64,000 nucleotides of DNA from Callorhinchus milii. Its lineage: Eukaryota. Made by a program: the position numbers and the translations under genes. Below are positions 38,073 to 50,090 of the stretch, one piece after another. How positions within the stretch are numbered: position 1 is the first letter of the stretch; the number at the start of each line of letters is the position of its first letter. The notes below the pieces were generated by a model. It was given only the letters and a program-made list of their open reading frames with translations. It did no database searches and had not been told where the DNA came from. The stretch spans positions 81,780,001-81,844,000 of the forward strand of contig NW_024704743.1 in the NCBI RefSeq assembly GCF_018977255.1, in the 5' to 3' direction.

Positions 38073-38396
38073 TACAGTAAACTCCTGATGTAATAACAAT
38101 AATAATAATCCTTGTATTTGATATAGCACCTTATCATGTCTTTCAGACATCTCAAAGCGCTTTACAGAATATACTGTAAAGTGAATTGACTGTATATTTT
38201 GTGGGCAAAAAATTGTAATGTGTATCACTCCAAAGGAAAAGAGTTCACTGACTCTATCCAGGGCGATTATGTAGGAATTAGTCCTCCAGGAACCTACACC
38301 AACATACATGTGCAGTTTTTATGCTGTACCCAGTTGCAATGAATGTTTAACGCTTGCCATTTCACAGTATGTTTGTCACAAAGTTAGATTTTCTGT

Positions 38397-41300
38397 CAAC
38401 AACAACTTGGATTTATATAGTGCCCTCCATGCCGGAAGGTGTCTCAGAGCGCTTCACAGTTTAGGATCCTGGGACCAAGCCAGGGGGAGGGGTGGGAAGG
38501 TGACCAAAGGCACGGTTGAAAAGAAAGGTCTTCAGCAGAGACCTGAAAATGGGAAGGGAGGGAGTGAGACGAGGGGAGTGAGGAAGGCAGTTCCAAAGCC
38601 TCGGGGCATTGGGGCTGAAGGCACGGCCGCCGAAGGTGGAGTGGAGGACTCAGGGGACAAGGAGGAGGCCAGACCCGGAGGAACGAAGGCAACGGGTACT
38701 GTTTTGAGGAGAGAGGAGGTCAGAGAGGTAGGGGGGTGCAGAGGAGTGCAAGGACTTGAATATGAGGGTGAGGATCTTGAAGTCGATCCTTTCTGGGACA
38801 AGGAGCCTGTGCAGTCTGGCAAGGACTGGGGTAAGCGGGGAGCGGAGTTTCATGTGGGTGAGAATGCGGGCGGCAGGGTTCTGAAAGAGTTGGATTTTAT
38901 GGATGGTAATGGATGGGAGTTTGAATAGTAAAGTCGGGAGGTTACAAAGGCATGGACCAGAGTTTCAGCGGCTTTTGGGGAGAGGTATTGGCGGAGACGG
39001 GCGATGCATCGGAGGCGGAAGAAAGCGGTGCTGGTGAGGGACCATATGTGGAGGAGGAAGGATAATTGGGGGCCGAACCTGATGCCTAGGTTGGGTACGG
39101 GTTTGGAGAGTTTTAGGGGGAGGTCGGGTAGGTGGAGGGGGAGAGAACCATGAGATTCTAGATGTTGACGAGAACCAAAGTGTATGGCTTCTGTCTTGTC
39201 AACGTTCAGCTGAAGGAAGTTTGCGCTCATCCAGCCCCTGAGATCTGACAGGCAGGCTGACAGAACATCAGGGGTCTGGGGGTCTCAAAGAGAGGTGGAA
39301 AAGTAGAGTTGGGTATCATCTGCATACATGTGGAAATGTACCCCATGTCTGCAGATGACATCCCCGAGAGGGAGCATGTAGATCAGAAAGAGGAGGGGGC
39401 CAAGGATGGATACTTGGGGTACCCCGCAGGTGACCAGGTGAGAGCGGGAGGAGAAGCCGATTATGCAGATGTACTGCTGATGGTTTGTGAGGTAGGACTC
39501 GAACCAGGCGAATGCGGTCCCACTGAGGTGGATGACGGAGGAAAGGCAGTGGAGGAGGATGGCGTGATCGACTGTGTTGAACGTGGCGGAGAGGTCCAGG
39601 GGGACAAGGAGGCAGAGGGAGCCCTGGTCACAGATAAAGATAGATAAAACAATAATAAATTGGTCATTTTCAATCTACGACTGTTTGTGGGACACTGCTG
39701 TGCGCAATTGGCTGCCGCGTTCGCTCACAAATATACAGTCAATTCACTTTAAAGTGTCTTCTGTGAAGCGCTTTGGGACATCCTCCTGATGTGAAAAGCA
39801 CGATATCAAATGCAAGGATTATTATTATAGAGAGGATGTCGTTTGTGACTTTCACAAGCGCAGTCTCTGTTCTGTGGGCAGGGCGGAAACCGGACTGGAG
39901 GGGTTCGAAGAGTGGGAGGAAAGATGTGCGTGAAGTTGATTGGCAACAACACATTCTAGAACTTTTGAGAGGAAGGGCAGGTTAGAAATAGGGCGGCAAT
40001 GGCTGGGGTTTGAGGGATCTAGGGAGGGTTTTTTCAGGAAGGGGGTGATGATAGCAGTTTTGAGGGAGGCAGAGACTGATCCGGAGGAGAGGGACTAGTT
40101 GATGATGTCAGCCAGTAGTGGGCATAGGAGGGGGAGCTGTGTGACCAGTAAGTTGGTGGGGAGTGGATTTCATGGAGGTGATGGTGGGTGAGAGGGAGGA
40201 GGGAGAGATGGGGAGGAAAGAGTGCAGAAAGGGGGTGGTGGTAGGAGCAGATGATGAGGAGAGTGAGGGGGACAGAGAGGGCGTGGTGGTCGGTGACAAG
40301 GGGCAGGTGGACGAGACTGCCTGGCAGATGTTTAGTATTTTAGTTGAAAAGAAGTCCATGACCTCCTCACACTTGGCATTTGATATGAAGATTGAGGAGG
40401 CCTGAGGGGGGGCACGGAGGACGTAGTGGGTGGTGGAAGAAAGGATTTTGGGGTTGTGTTTAGCCTCCAAGATGATGTTGGATTAAAAGGCCGTTTTTGC
40501 GCGTGTCAAAGAGCGGCAGTAGCTGTGGAGATGCTCAAGCCACAGTTGGCGGTGGACTGTCAGGCCAGTTTTCCGCCATCTGCGCTCGAGCAGACGGGTT
40601 TGGGTTTTTTGGCGGCGGAGATAGTTGTTATACCGGGGGATCAGGTGGGTTTGGAAATGGTCCTGGATTTTAGGGGGACGAGGAAGTTGAAAGTAGAGGA
40701 GAAGCGATCATGGAGCAGCTGGACGGCTGCTTCAGAATCTCAACGGTTGGAAGGCCAGACAGTTAGGATGTTTGAAGATGAGAGGGCCTTTGTGAGGGTC
40801 TCAGGGGGTAGACTTTTCCAAGGGCGGTAGAGGATGGTTGAGGGCTTGGTGGAGAAGAGAGGGATGTGAGAGGAGAAGGAGATGAAAAAGTGGTCCGAGA
40901 TGCCTTGTCCACTATGCTGAGGTCAGAAATGTCAAGGCCATGGGTGATGATGAGGTCAAGTGCATGACCACGGTTGTGGGTGGGTGAGTTAATATGGAGG
41001 ATAAGGTTTAGGGAGGAGAGGAGGGCAGTGAAATCGGCAGAAGTGGTGCAAGGGGGAGTTTAGGTGGAGGTTGAAGTCACCCATTATGAGTAGGCGCTCG
41101 GAGCAGAGGGACAGGGAAGAGAGGAGAGTAGAGATGTCTGTGTGGAAGGAGCCGGGGCGGCGGTAAACAAGGAGGATTTTCAAAGGGAGAGAGGGGTGGA
41201 AAAGGGTGAGGTAATCGAAGGAGGGGAAGCAGCCAGAGGAGTAGGGAGTGAGACCAAGGGAGGCTTTGGAAATGAAGGCCACCCCGCCGCCACATTGGTT

Positions 41301-41990
41301 TGGACGGGGGGTGTGGTGGAAGATGTAGCCTGGAGGCAAGGTTTCCACTAGGGGTACGGGATCATTGAGGGAGAGCCAGGTTTCGGTGAGCCCAAGAATA
41401 TCAAGGTGCTCATCCAGGATAAGGTCATGGATGGTGAGGGCTTTATTTGAGAGGGAACGGACATTTTGGAGGAAAGTGCGGGTGGGTTTGCTGGAGGGGT
41501 GAGTGGGAGGAGAAAGTAGTGCGGAGAGGATTTTGGGTTGTATAGGAGAGATGGTTGTGGAGAGTGGAGAGTTGGGGAGGGTACGTATGAGGAAGGAGGA
41601 GTTGGATTTGCCTTATGGAGGCGGTTTAAGCGGAAAGAGTAAGTGATGGGACACGTGGGGTTGCTGCTCTGGGACAGCCAGTGCCGGGAACCACGATGAT
41701 CCTAGCGGAGGATGCCCAGGCTGGAGCAGAGGGAAGTGGTGATGTGGTCGAGGAGAGACAGAAGGCGGAGGGCGGTGGGAGAGAAGGGCAGAGGGGGAGT
41801 AGCAGATAGAGGGGGGTGGGAGGAGAGACATTTAGAGGGAGGCTCGGGTCGGGGTGGCAGCCAAAATGCGCACGCAGAGACCGGGAGCGAGCGATCAGCA
41901 GGACGGCATCAGCCCGCAGGCTTCGCCTCCCAGGTCATGGCCGAGTGGCAGTGGCTGCCAGGCCATTGTTGTTGTTGCTGATTTTTAAAA
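38397..41990 (-). mobile_element. Near full-length L2 LINE (third family; APE endonuclease and RT, disrupted)
   Basis: APE motifs QNVRSLSNK, LTETWL, GGGVAF, MGDFNLH; RT motifs QSGFRPAHRTETAL, YADD; (TTG)n tail. Confidence 0.93.
39645..39828 (+). mobile_element. Young SINE, 5'-truncated, inserted in the L2 RT
   Basis: Matches the SINE 3' half. Confidence 0.9.
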
Positions 41991-42002
41991 AAATTATTAA
42001 CT

Positions 42003-42330
42003 GTGACGTCAAGCTGACGTCACTTTGTGAAACACGCCGCCCCACCCCCTCACTTACCTCAGCTCCTAACTCCACTCCTGACTGAGTGGCTCCTCACCTG
42101 TCTGTGCTTTATATACACGGCTAGGCCTCAGCTCCACCCCGTGCTCTCCTACCTTAGAAGATATACTACAACCTTACACCTACTTCCCCCTCTGCACCTA
42201 ATTCCCACTCTCACCCAATTCCTTCTCACTCTGGCCTCGCCTCCCTCCGGACGTAGCTCACTCTGGGCTCTCTGCTCGAGTAAGGCTCTCGCAACTATCA
42301 CCTTTTTATACCCTCTGGATGCAACCAGTT
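42003..42330 (-). promoter_or_regulatory. Promoter-like GC-rich segment upstream of the L2 (possibly a LINE 5'UTR)
   Basis: Two TGACGTCA sites (42004-42011, 42015-42022), GC box, minus-strand TATATAAA (42108-42115), GAG|GTAAGT donor-like site near 42057. Confidence 0.35.
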
Positions 42331-43790
42331 TCCGATTGTCACTTTCTTCTGAAGGATTATGACACATTCCCTGCAGCTGACAGCAGAATCAGAGGTCTTG
42401 TACTATTAAGGGATTTCCTCTCACTTTGGCCAGTAATCATTTCTTCAGATAGCTTGATGAGCTAAGTTAGTTTAACCTTCTGAGAATCACCCCACCTTCA
42501 GAAATTAATACTGAATTACAATTCTCCAATTCTTCATTTTCATCTTCATGTGTTCTCATACTAGGCCACCTCATTGTCAGAGTTTGTGAGCATTTGCTTT
42601 GGGTTCCCACCACGCGGCAATGGTTAGCTGAGCATCTCAGTGACATTTTTCTGCAGAACAACAATAACAACATTACATTTGTAAAGCGCCTTTCACATTG
42701 GGAGGACATCCAAAGGCGCTAATGATATCAAGAAAGTTCGCTTTGATAATATATCCGATAGTTTACTTACTGGGATGTATAAAATTTGACTTTATGTTAT
42801 ATGTGGAGTGATGAAATAAAGGGGTCCCTTATTCACATTTTACATTGGAAGCAACTGAGAAATTGGCAGCATAGTGATACAGCAAACCTCACATAAGTCG
42901 TATCAATTGGGACCATACATTCCATATTATGCAAAGCATGAGTTATGTCAAATTGGCATAGAATATAAACTCTTCAACAAGACTTGGGCAGATATACTTA
43001 GGCAATTATACAATTTATATAAATCAGACTTATGCGAGTTTTACTGTATAAGATATGTGATGATATAAGGGCAGTGTTTTATTATAAGGAGTTAATTGTA
43101 ATTGTTATCTAATGTAGGTCAGTTATGAGCACCACAACCACTGTGGCTCTTCCAGATGGATGTTATATGGGCATCTTGATTTTATTAAAATGTTGATAAA
43201 GTCGATAGTGTGTTTTAAAATTTCTTGCTGTGTCAAACTATGCAACTAAAATTGGTTTGATGCTGCGTTCATCATTTTAACTCCAACTGGCAATAAGTGT
43301 AAACTAAGTACAAACAACTGTGTTTTTTTTCCCATTTTGGCCACTTCAGTGACATTGCTAAACCCATTTGTCAAGTTTCACTAAATAAAAAGGGCCAGGC
43401 AAATAAAAGTTGCTTGCTTATAGCAAGGGAGTAGGCTCCAAAAAGCTGAGATTAATAATTATCAGAGGCACAGCTAGTTGATGTCCATGTGTCACACTGA
43501 CACATAGACACCAACTAGCTTACTAACCGTCATTAACTCTAGTTTAACAATTGCCATGTATGTGACTCCAGTATAAGAGAATTAACTTTGCCAGCATGTT
43601 CCAACTCAACTACAATTTGGACGTAATAAACCTCTGCTTCAACTGTTATAAATTTATATTTATAAATATTTATTATTTAATATTTTCTGCAGATTCCTCC
43701 CTCCCCAAATGCACTTTGTTGAAGACCTATACAATGTAGGATGACCAGAATATGAATGACTATCGCAAGTATAGAAGGAAAGTGTATGTA

Positions 43791-44061
43791 AAGGGGCAAA
43801 AGAGAGAAATTCCACCTGTATCTAGATCTAAAACTCTTACTTGTTAGCACTTCAGAGTGTGCAAATTTTGGACAATTCTTAAATTCAGTCTTAATTTAAA
43901 GCATGTTCTCTGTATCTTTAAACGTTGCAGGACAGCTGCAGAAAAACAGCTTCAAAAGTAAGACTGAATTTGAATATTTTTTAAAATGTGCAGTCTCTGA
44001 AATGCTCAGGAAAACTTTGAGGTCCGGATCCAGCTGGGATTTCTGTCACTTGTAGTTCCTT
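43791..44061. mobile_element. Old palindromic MITE-like element
   Basis: Arms pair along their length, e.g. AAATTCAGTCTTA / TAAGACTGAATTT and AGCACTTCAGAG / CTCTGAAATGCT. Confidence 0.65.
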
Positions 44062-45063
44062 GTTTCCCTGAATGAGGGGAGGAAAGATAGAAGAGTCACC
44101 CCTGGGGCACTCATGTAGTCCTGTTAGCTGCAAGTTGTTGAGCAACATTAACAGAAGCAACAGATCTCTTTCCAACCCCTTCTCCGACCAGCCTGCATTC
44201 TCCAATTAGCATGAACAGGGGAATTCACAAAGGACAAGTGCAAAAACATTTTAAAATCATTTTCTAAAGAAATTAAAGTTCCAGTGTAAGAGTAGAAGGC
44301 TTCCTCCTTCGAAGATTGATGCGTTAGACACCATGAGAGCAATTGGAAATAGGGACATGTTAAAACAGCTACTCCTATTTGTCACAAGCAGGGAGATTAG
44401 GCAACACAAATGCATAAGCACAGGGCACTCACATTGAAATGAAACCATTAAACATACCCTGACCAGAATCATTTGGTACTTTTACTACCAAATTACTTTC
44501 ATTTGGTAGTTGGTAGAGGTAGAGCACAAACAGATCAGTCACTTCCCTAAAGTGCATCCTCAATGATTCCTCTCATCATTAGGAAAACTGTGGCGTAAAT
44601 GCGGACTTAGTGAGACATACATGGGTTTCCTTTAGGAGATGTACTTAATGTCGATGGAACTTTTTCCACTATTTTATACAGCTGGATTCCAAGAAGCGAG
44701 TTTCTAACTCCAAAACCCACTATAACTGTACGGCCAGTGCTCCACAGATTATATTTTGCACCTCACCTCTGGAACTCACTGCTTTGCCCCCTCTTTATCT
44801 ATCTTTAAATACCACCTTAAGACTTACTTTTCCTGCTCTGCCTGCTCCCTTGCTCAGCATCCAACTCCCACTGTGCGGTGCTCCAAGATGCTATCCTGTA
44901 TGAAGGACACTGTATAAATACAAGTTACTGTTGTATTTTCAGTCTCACAGCACAGAAACCATATGAATTCTGCTTCAAACATAGTTCCAGGGCATGCATT
45001 CCATGTTGGAACAAGACTTTGTGTTAAAAAAAAATTCTCCTTACTCTTTGGTGAATCTTAAAT

Positions 45064-45260
45064 CAGGGGTCTCCAACCGGTCGATTGAGATAAATCAGGC
45101 AATTGCGATCAACTTCTTGGAGGTAAAAAGCCAAACACCTGCACTAGCCAAAGTTCCAGTGGCTATCAAGCTACACTACCCATGGCGCAGCCATCAATGA
45201 AGAAAAATTCAATAAAGAAAAATGTATTTGTTGGCTGACCATAAAGGTTGGTCGCCACTG
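45064..45260. mobile_element. hAT-like MITE
   Basis: CAGGGGTCTCCAACC ... GGTTGGTCGCCACTG; related fragment at about 12331-12403; TSD not preserved. Confidence 0.5.
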
Positions 45261-45869
45261 CCTATGCCCTCCAACTACAGGAATAAGAAGAATGACCACT
45301 TCAATGAAATATTGAAGGTTGGCTGGTATCTATGGAACCAGATCCACAGATGTTTAGGAGGAAAAAGGGAGAATAGAGTGAGGAGGATTTTGATGTTAAT
45401 TTTGAATCTATGTGGTGGAAATCGAGGAATAAAAACTTTTATTTAACATAGATTTTTAATGGCAATCTACAGTTTTCTCCACGGAGACATTAAAACATAA
45501 GACTATTTTACTTGCAGCCAATGCACTTAAGGTCTCAGATTATTTGGCAGAAGACAATATTTATCCTCAACTACTTCCATGTGCAGTATTGCACTATCCA
45601 CAGAGCAATATCATTGTGATTATCTTTAAAGACAATGTCATTTTCAGTGATCAATGAATACAGAAACAGTTGAGTGAAACATCGCAAGGAAGAAACAAAA
45701 TACTTGTAACAGTGATGCAGATGGGTTTACCCCACTAAGTGTGAGGAAGGATAACAAGCAATAAGCACAAACCTGAAAGAGAAACTGAGGCCATTAAAAA
45801 GTAGCCAGACTTATAATAACTGAGAACATATGTAGGAAAGAGAATCACCTGGTACCATATCTGCTAGGC

Positions 45870-46937
45870 CTACCTACTGGCCTCCACTTCATCTCCACAA
45901 ATGGTTTCTCCTCTAGCCCCCGCACTATCTTGTGCGGCATTCCTCAGGGCTCTGTCCTTGATCCCTCCTCTTCAATATCTACATGCTCCCTCTTGGTGAC
46001 ATCATCCACAGATATGGGTTCAACTTCCACATTTATACAGATGACACCCAACTCTACCTCTTTGCCTCCACCCTCGACTCCAGGACAACTGCTGTCCTGA
46101 CAGAATGTCTGTCAGACATCAAGTCCTGGATTAGAGCTAATTTTCTTCAGTTGAACGTCAACAAGACCGAGGCTCTCCTGATTGGCTCCCGGCAGCGCCT
46201 CCTCACCTCAGGCCCTGACAGCATCACCATCCATGGTTGCACACTCCACCTTACTGAGCCAGTCCGGAACCTTGGCATCTTGTTTGACCCTCAACTATCC
46301 TTTCTACCTCAAAATCTGGCCATGACCTACTCTGCCTTCCCCCACCTCTGCAACATTGCCCGGCTTCACCACTGTCTCAAATCACAGGCTGCCAAAACCC
46401 TCATATCCGCTTTCATAACATCGAGGCTTGACTATGCAAACTCACTGCTTGTTGGCCTCCCCAACCCCTCCCTCTATAGGCTGCAGATCATCCAGAACTC
46501 TGCAGCCCGTGTCCTCTCTCGCACTATCACTCCCATCCTTGCCCAACTCCACCGACTTCCCATCACACAGAGGATACAGTTCAAGATCCTGGTCCTCACC
46601 ATCAAAACCCGCCATGGTCTTGCTCCCCTCTATCTCTGTGACCTCCTAATCCCCTACCACCCTGTTCGCTTTTTCCGCTCAGTGGGCTCTGGCCTGTTTC
46701 ACGTCCACTGCCTTGCTCATTCCACTCAGTCCCTCCACCTCGCTCACTCCCTTGTCTCCTTCAAGACCCATCTCAACACCCTCCTCTTCAACTGTGCTCT
46801 TGATCACCCTGCTTCCCCCGACTACCCTCTACCCTCACCGATCCCAACCCCCAGCTCGGGTCCAAAACTCTGACTGTCCAGCGCCTGGGATGTCCTCCTG
46901 GCGTGAAAGTCGTGATACAAATGTAATTTTGTTGTTG
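45870..46937 (+). mobile_element. L2 LINE, RT and 3' end
   Basis: YTDDTQLY, NFLQLNVNKTE, SRLDYANSLL; L2 tail. Confidence 0.95.
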
Positions 46938-47223
46938 CATGGAGAAAGCTCAACAGTCTACGGGGAGCAGAGATTGTGCTTGTTTTTAAAAATTGAGTTT
47001 GTTTTAAAAATAAGTTTTTTAAAAATCTGTTGATGCCCACAGCTAAACCATTCAGTGTCAAGCAGTGGACATTATCTGGAGTGGCAGGATTTTGAAAACC
47101 CAGAATGGATTTTTAGCATACGTAATCGCAGGATTTTTTCAGACAGACCCAGTCAGGCTAATTCTGAATTCTTGAGATCCAGATAGCTGGGGATTTACTG
47201 AAATTAAACTGACAATGCAACAA

Positions 47224-47536
47224 CAGCAGAGGTCGTGGGGTCGAGGTTGGAGGCAAAGAGATAGAGATAATAATCGAATAATAAATGTACCCGAAAACGC
47301 ATAATATGTTTTACGGTGACAAAAAGGATTTCAAGGATTTCGCTGTCTTTCCAACAATGAAAACATGTCTGTGACTACAAAATTCTTAGATATGCTAAAT
47401 TAAACATATTATGTGTTTGAGTTTTTTAATGTTATAGTTATAATCACATGGTTTTCGGGTACATTTCGGGTACATTTATTGTTCAGTTATTATCTCTATC
47501 GCTCTGCCTCCAACCTCGACCCCATGACCACTACTG
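47224..47536. mobile_element. MITE with ~70-bp TIRs
   Basis: GGTCGTGGGGTCGAGGTTGGAGGCA...TGTACCCGAAA pairs with TTTCGGGTACA...TGCCTCCAACCTCGACCCCATGACC. Confidence 0.8.
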
Positions 47537-47554
47537 TCTTGACAGATTGATGGG

Positions 47555-47850
47555 TATCAGAGGATCGAGTTGAAAATTCTTGTCCTCACCTTCAAGGCCC
47601 TCCATGGCCTTGCCCCTTCCTACCTCTTGGACCTGCCACCCCTCATAAACCTGTCCACTCCCTCTGCTCAGCAGGCTCTGGTCTGCTCCATGTCCACCCA
47701 CCCAGCCTGCCCAACCATCGGCAGTTCGGGCCATCTGCCTCTCTGTCCCCAGTCTCTGGAACTCCATCCCACAGTCCCTTCACCTCACTTCCTCCCTTAA
47801 CTCCTTCAAGGCATGCCTCAACACCCTCCACTTTGACCGTGCCTTCGGTT
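47555..47850 (+). mobile_element. L2 3' fragment
   Basis: [18 protein letters not shown]. Confidence 0.85.
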
Positions 47851-49050
47851 GGCTGATAATGTCAAGTGTCAAGGAAGTTATTTGTCCACCATTGTATTAT
47901 CACCCTGTATCATTATAAATAGATTGAGTAAAGTATAAAAGCCACAGCTTAACATCAGTACAGCAAGATCTTAACCACTTATGAGAGTGGATGTCCTTTA
48001 TTCCAGGCTTGCATCTCTCAGTGCTGGTTTGTGTGTGCACTGCCAAGTAATTCCCTGTATCGTCCTCACAGGGCTACTTTGCTTGATCTCAGTTCTACTG
48101 CTTTCTCTATGATTTCAAATCTAATTCAAGCACTTCGCCTTTTATAAGCCCAGTCCCATCAAATATTTTCCCTATCAAATATCTCAACTTGACATGCATC
48201 TCAGTGTCTCCAATAAAAGGCACCAACCTCCAGCTTCCTCAGGATACCAACATCTGCACCTGCCAACACAGTCACTAAACTTGACTAAAATTCCTCAAAA
48301 TAAAAATAATAATCCTTGCATTTGACCTTATGCACCTTATCAAGTCTTCAAAACATCTCAAAGCGCATCACAGAAAATACTGTAAATGAATTGACTGTAT
48401 ATTTTTGAGACGTTTTGACATGATAGGTGCTGCCATATAACAAATGTAATTATCATTATTTCACAAGATTTTACACGCAGAATTTGCTGTACAGCATTTT
48501 ACATTTTCAGTAACGTAACAAATCATTCACAGATCAGATTAAACAGAAAAACAGCAGTGTAAAAGGTGCCTCATACCAGTACAAGCATCTCAGGATGTAA
48601 AGTGGCTCCTCAAGGAATTCCCAGGTATGTCACCCACTCATGAGAACCCAAGATCTTCTCAGGTCAGAGCTGAGTTTTCATAAAAAACAGTAGGATGTAC
48701 ATAGGCTTTCCTGCTGCAGGTGCACCTTTCATTACAATACTTTTTTCCAGCACTATTTGATTTGGTATCATTTTTCAATGAGAGCTTTTCAACTCTGTGA
48801 TGTTTACATAGATTTGCATAGAATATAGACCACGGAAATAGGCCATTCAGTCTAACTCGTCCAAGACAGCATTTATACTCTATGTGAGTTTCCACCCTCT
48901 CCTTACTCCCACGATAACCTTCTATTCTTTTTCATTGAGGAAGGAAAAGACATTTCCATCAACAATTCATCGAAACGTCCAACCTGAGTTATTTGGCAAG
49001 CTTCACACTGCTTGTCCATTTAAGTCCACCCTACACATTAAAGCTATGAT

Positions 49051-49506
49051 TACAACAACAACAACAACAACAAGATTCCATTTATAAAGCGCCTTTCACG
49101 TCAGGAGGACGTCCCAAGGCGCTGCACAGTTGGGTCATGACCCGAGCAGGGGGGAAATGGTCAGGGTGAGGGGAGGGAAGGGAGGGAGCGAGGAGGGGGG
49201 AAATGGTCAGGGTGAGGGAAGGGAGGGAGCAAGGAGGGGGAAATGGTCAGGGTGAGGGGAGGGAAGGGAGGGAGCGAGGAGGGGGAAGAGAGTCGAGAGG
49301 GGAGCTGAAGGCACGGTCAAAGAGAAAGGTTTTGAGACCGGCCTTGAAGGAGGAAAGGGAGGAAGCAAGGCGAAGGCACTGGGGGATGGAGTTCCAGAGC
49401 CTGGGGCTGAGAGGCTGAAGGCCCGACCACCGATGGTAGGGCGGTTGGGGCGGGGGACGTGGAGCAGACCAGAGCCAGAGGAACGGAGGGTACGGGCAGG
49501 TAGGTA
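49051..49506 (-). mobile_element. Young L2 3' end with triplicated 3'UTR segment
   Basis: Matches the 3' end of the 14.5-14.86 kb copy; ~45-bp unit repeated three times at 49149-49280. Confidence 0.92.
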
Positions 49507-49739
49507 CAGAATTAACAGGAGCTGAGTGGGAAGAATCCCTGCCCCACAGTCTAGCCCTCCAAGTCCTCCTGATGACGCAAGCTGGCTGAACAATGCTGCA
49601 AAGTATTACGGACCCGCCTGGTTCAAAAACAGTATCATCAAGATTGCCACAGGGGATCAACTCAATGCTAATATTCAATTTTCAGGCATGTCACCTTGTA
49701 GCCAGCTCAGCCCCAACGAGACTTTACTTATGTTCCACC

Positions 49740-50090
49740 CAAGGAGTTAGCTGATCTCAATTGGGAGGCTAATAGGTTGCAACAATTCAGCGAGTGAGGG
49801 AAACAATCATCTATTGATCACTATCCAATGAGATATGCTGGAAGAAGTGGATGGCTCTCTTGGGTGCAACCCTGCGTGAGGGGAGTAAATAAATGCAAGC
49901 TGTTGTTGTTGGTGGGTGGAAATTGGGGGAGAACGTGTCTAGGCTCAGCTGTGATGCCTCCAGTAATGGTTGAAACAGCTTGCCGACACTCTTTGTGACA
50001 TTTGAAGAATAGGCACTTGGACGAGGTGCTGGAGGCCAGCCAGTGGCCCCGGAAGCATACCCTTGCATGATTCAGGGGATAACACGAAGG
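49740..50090 (+). mobile_element. Ancient SINE, AmnSINE2-like
   Basis: GAGTTAGCTGATCTCA...GGCTCAGCTGTGATGCC...GCTTGCCGACACTC...GGCACTTGGACGAGGTGCTGGAGG; family name from memory. Confidence 0.5.
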
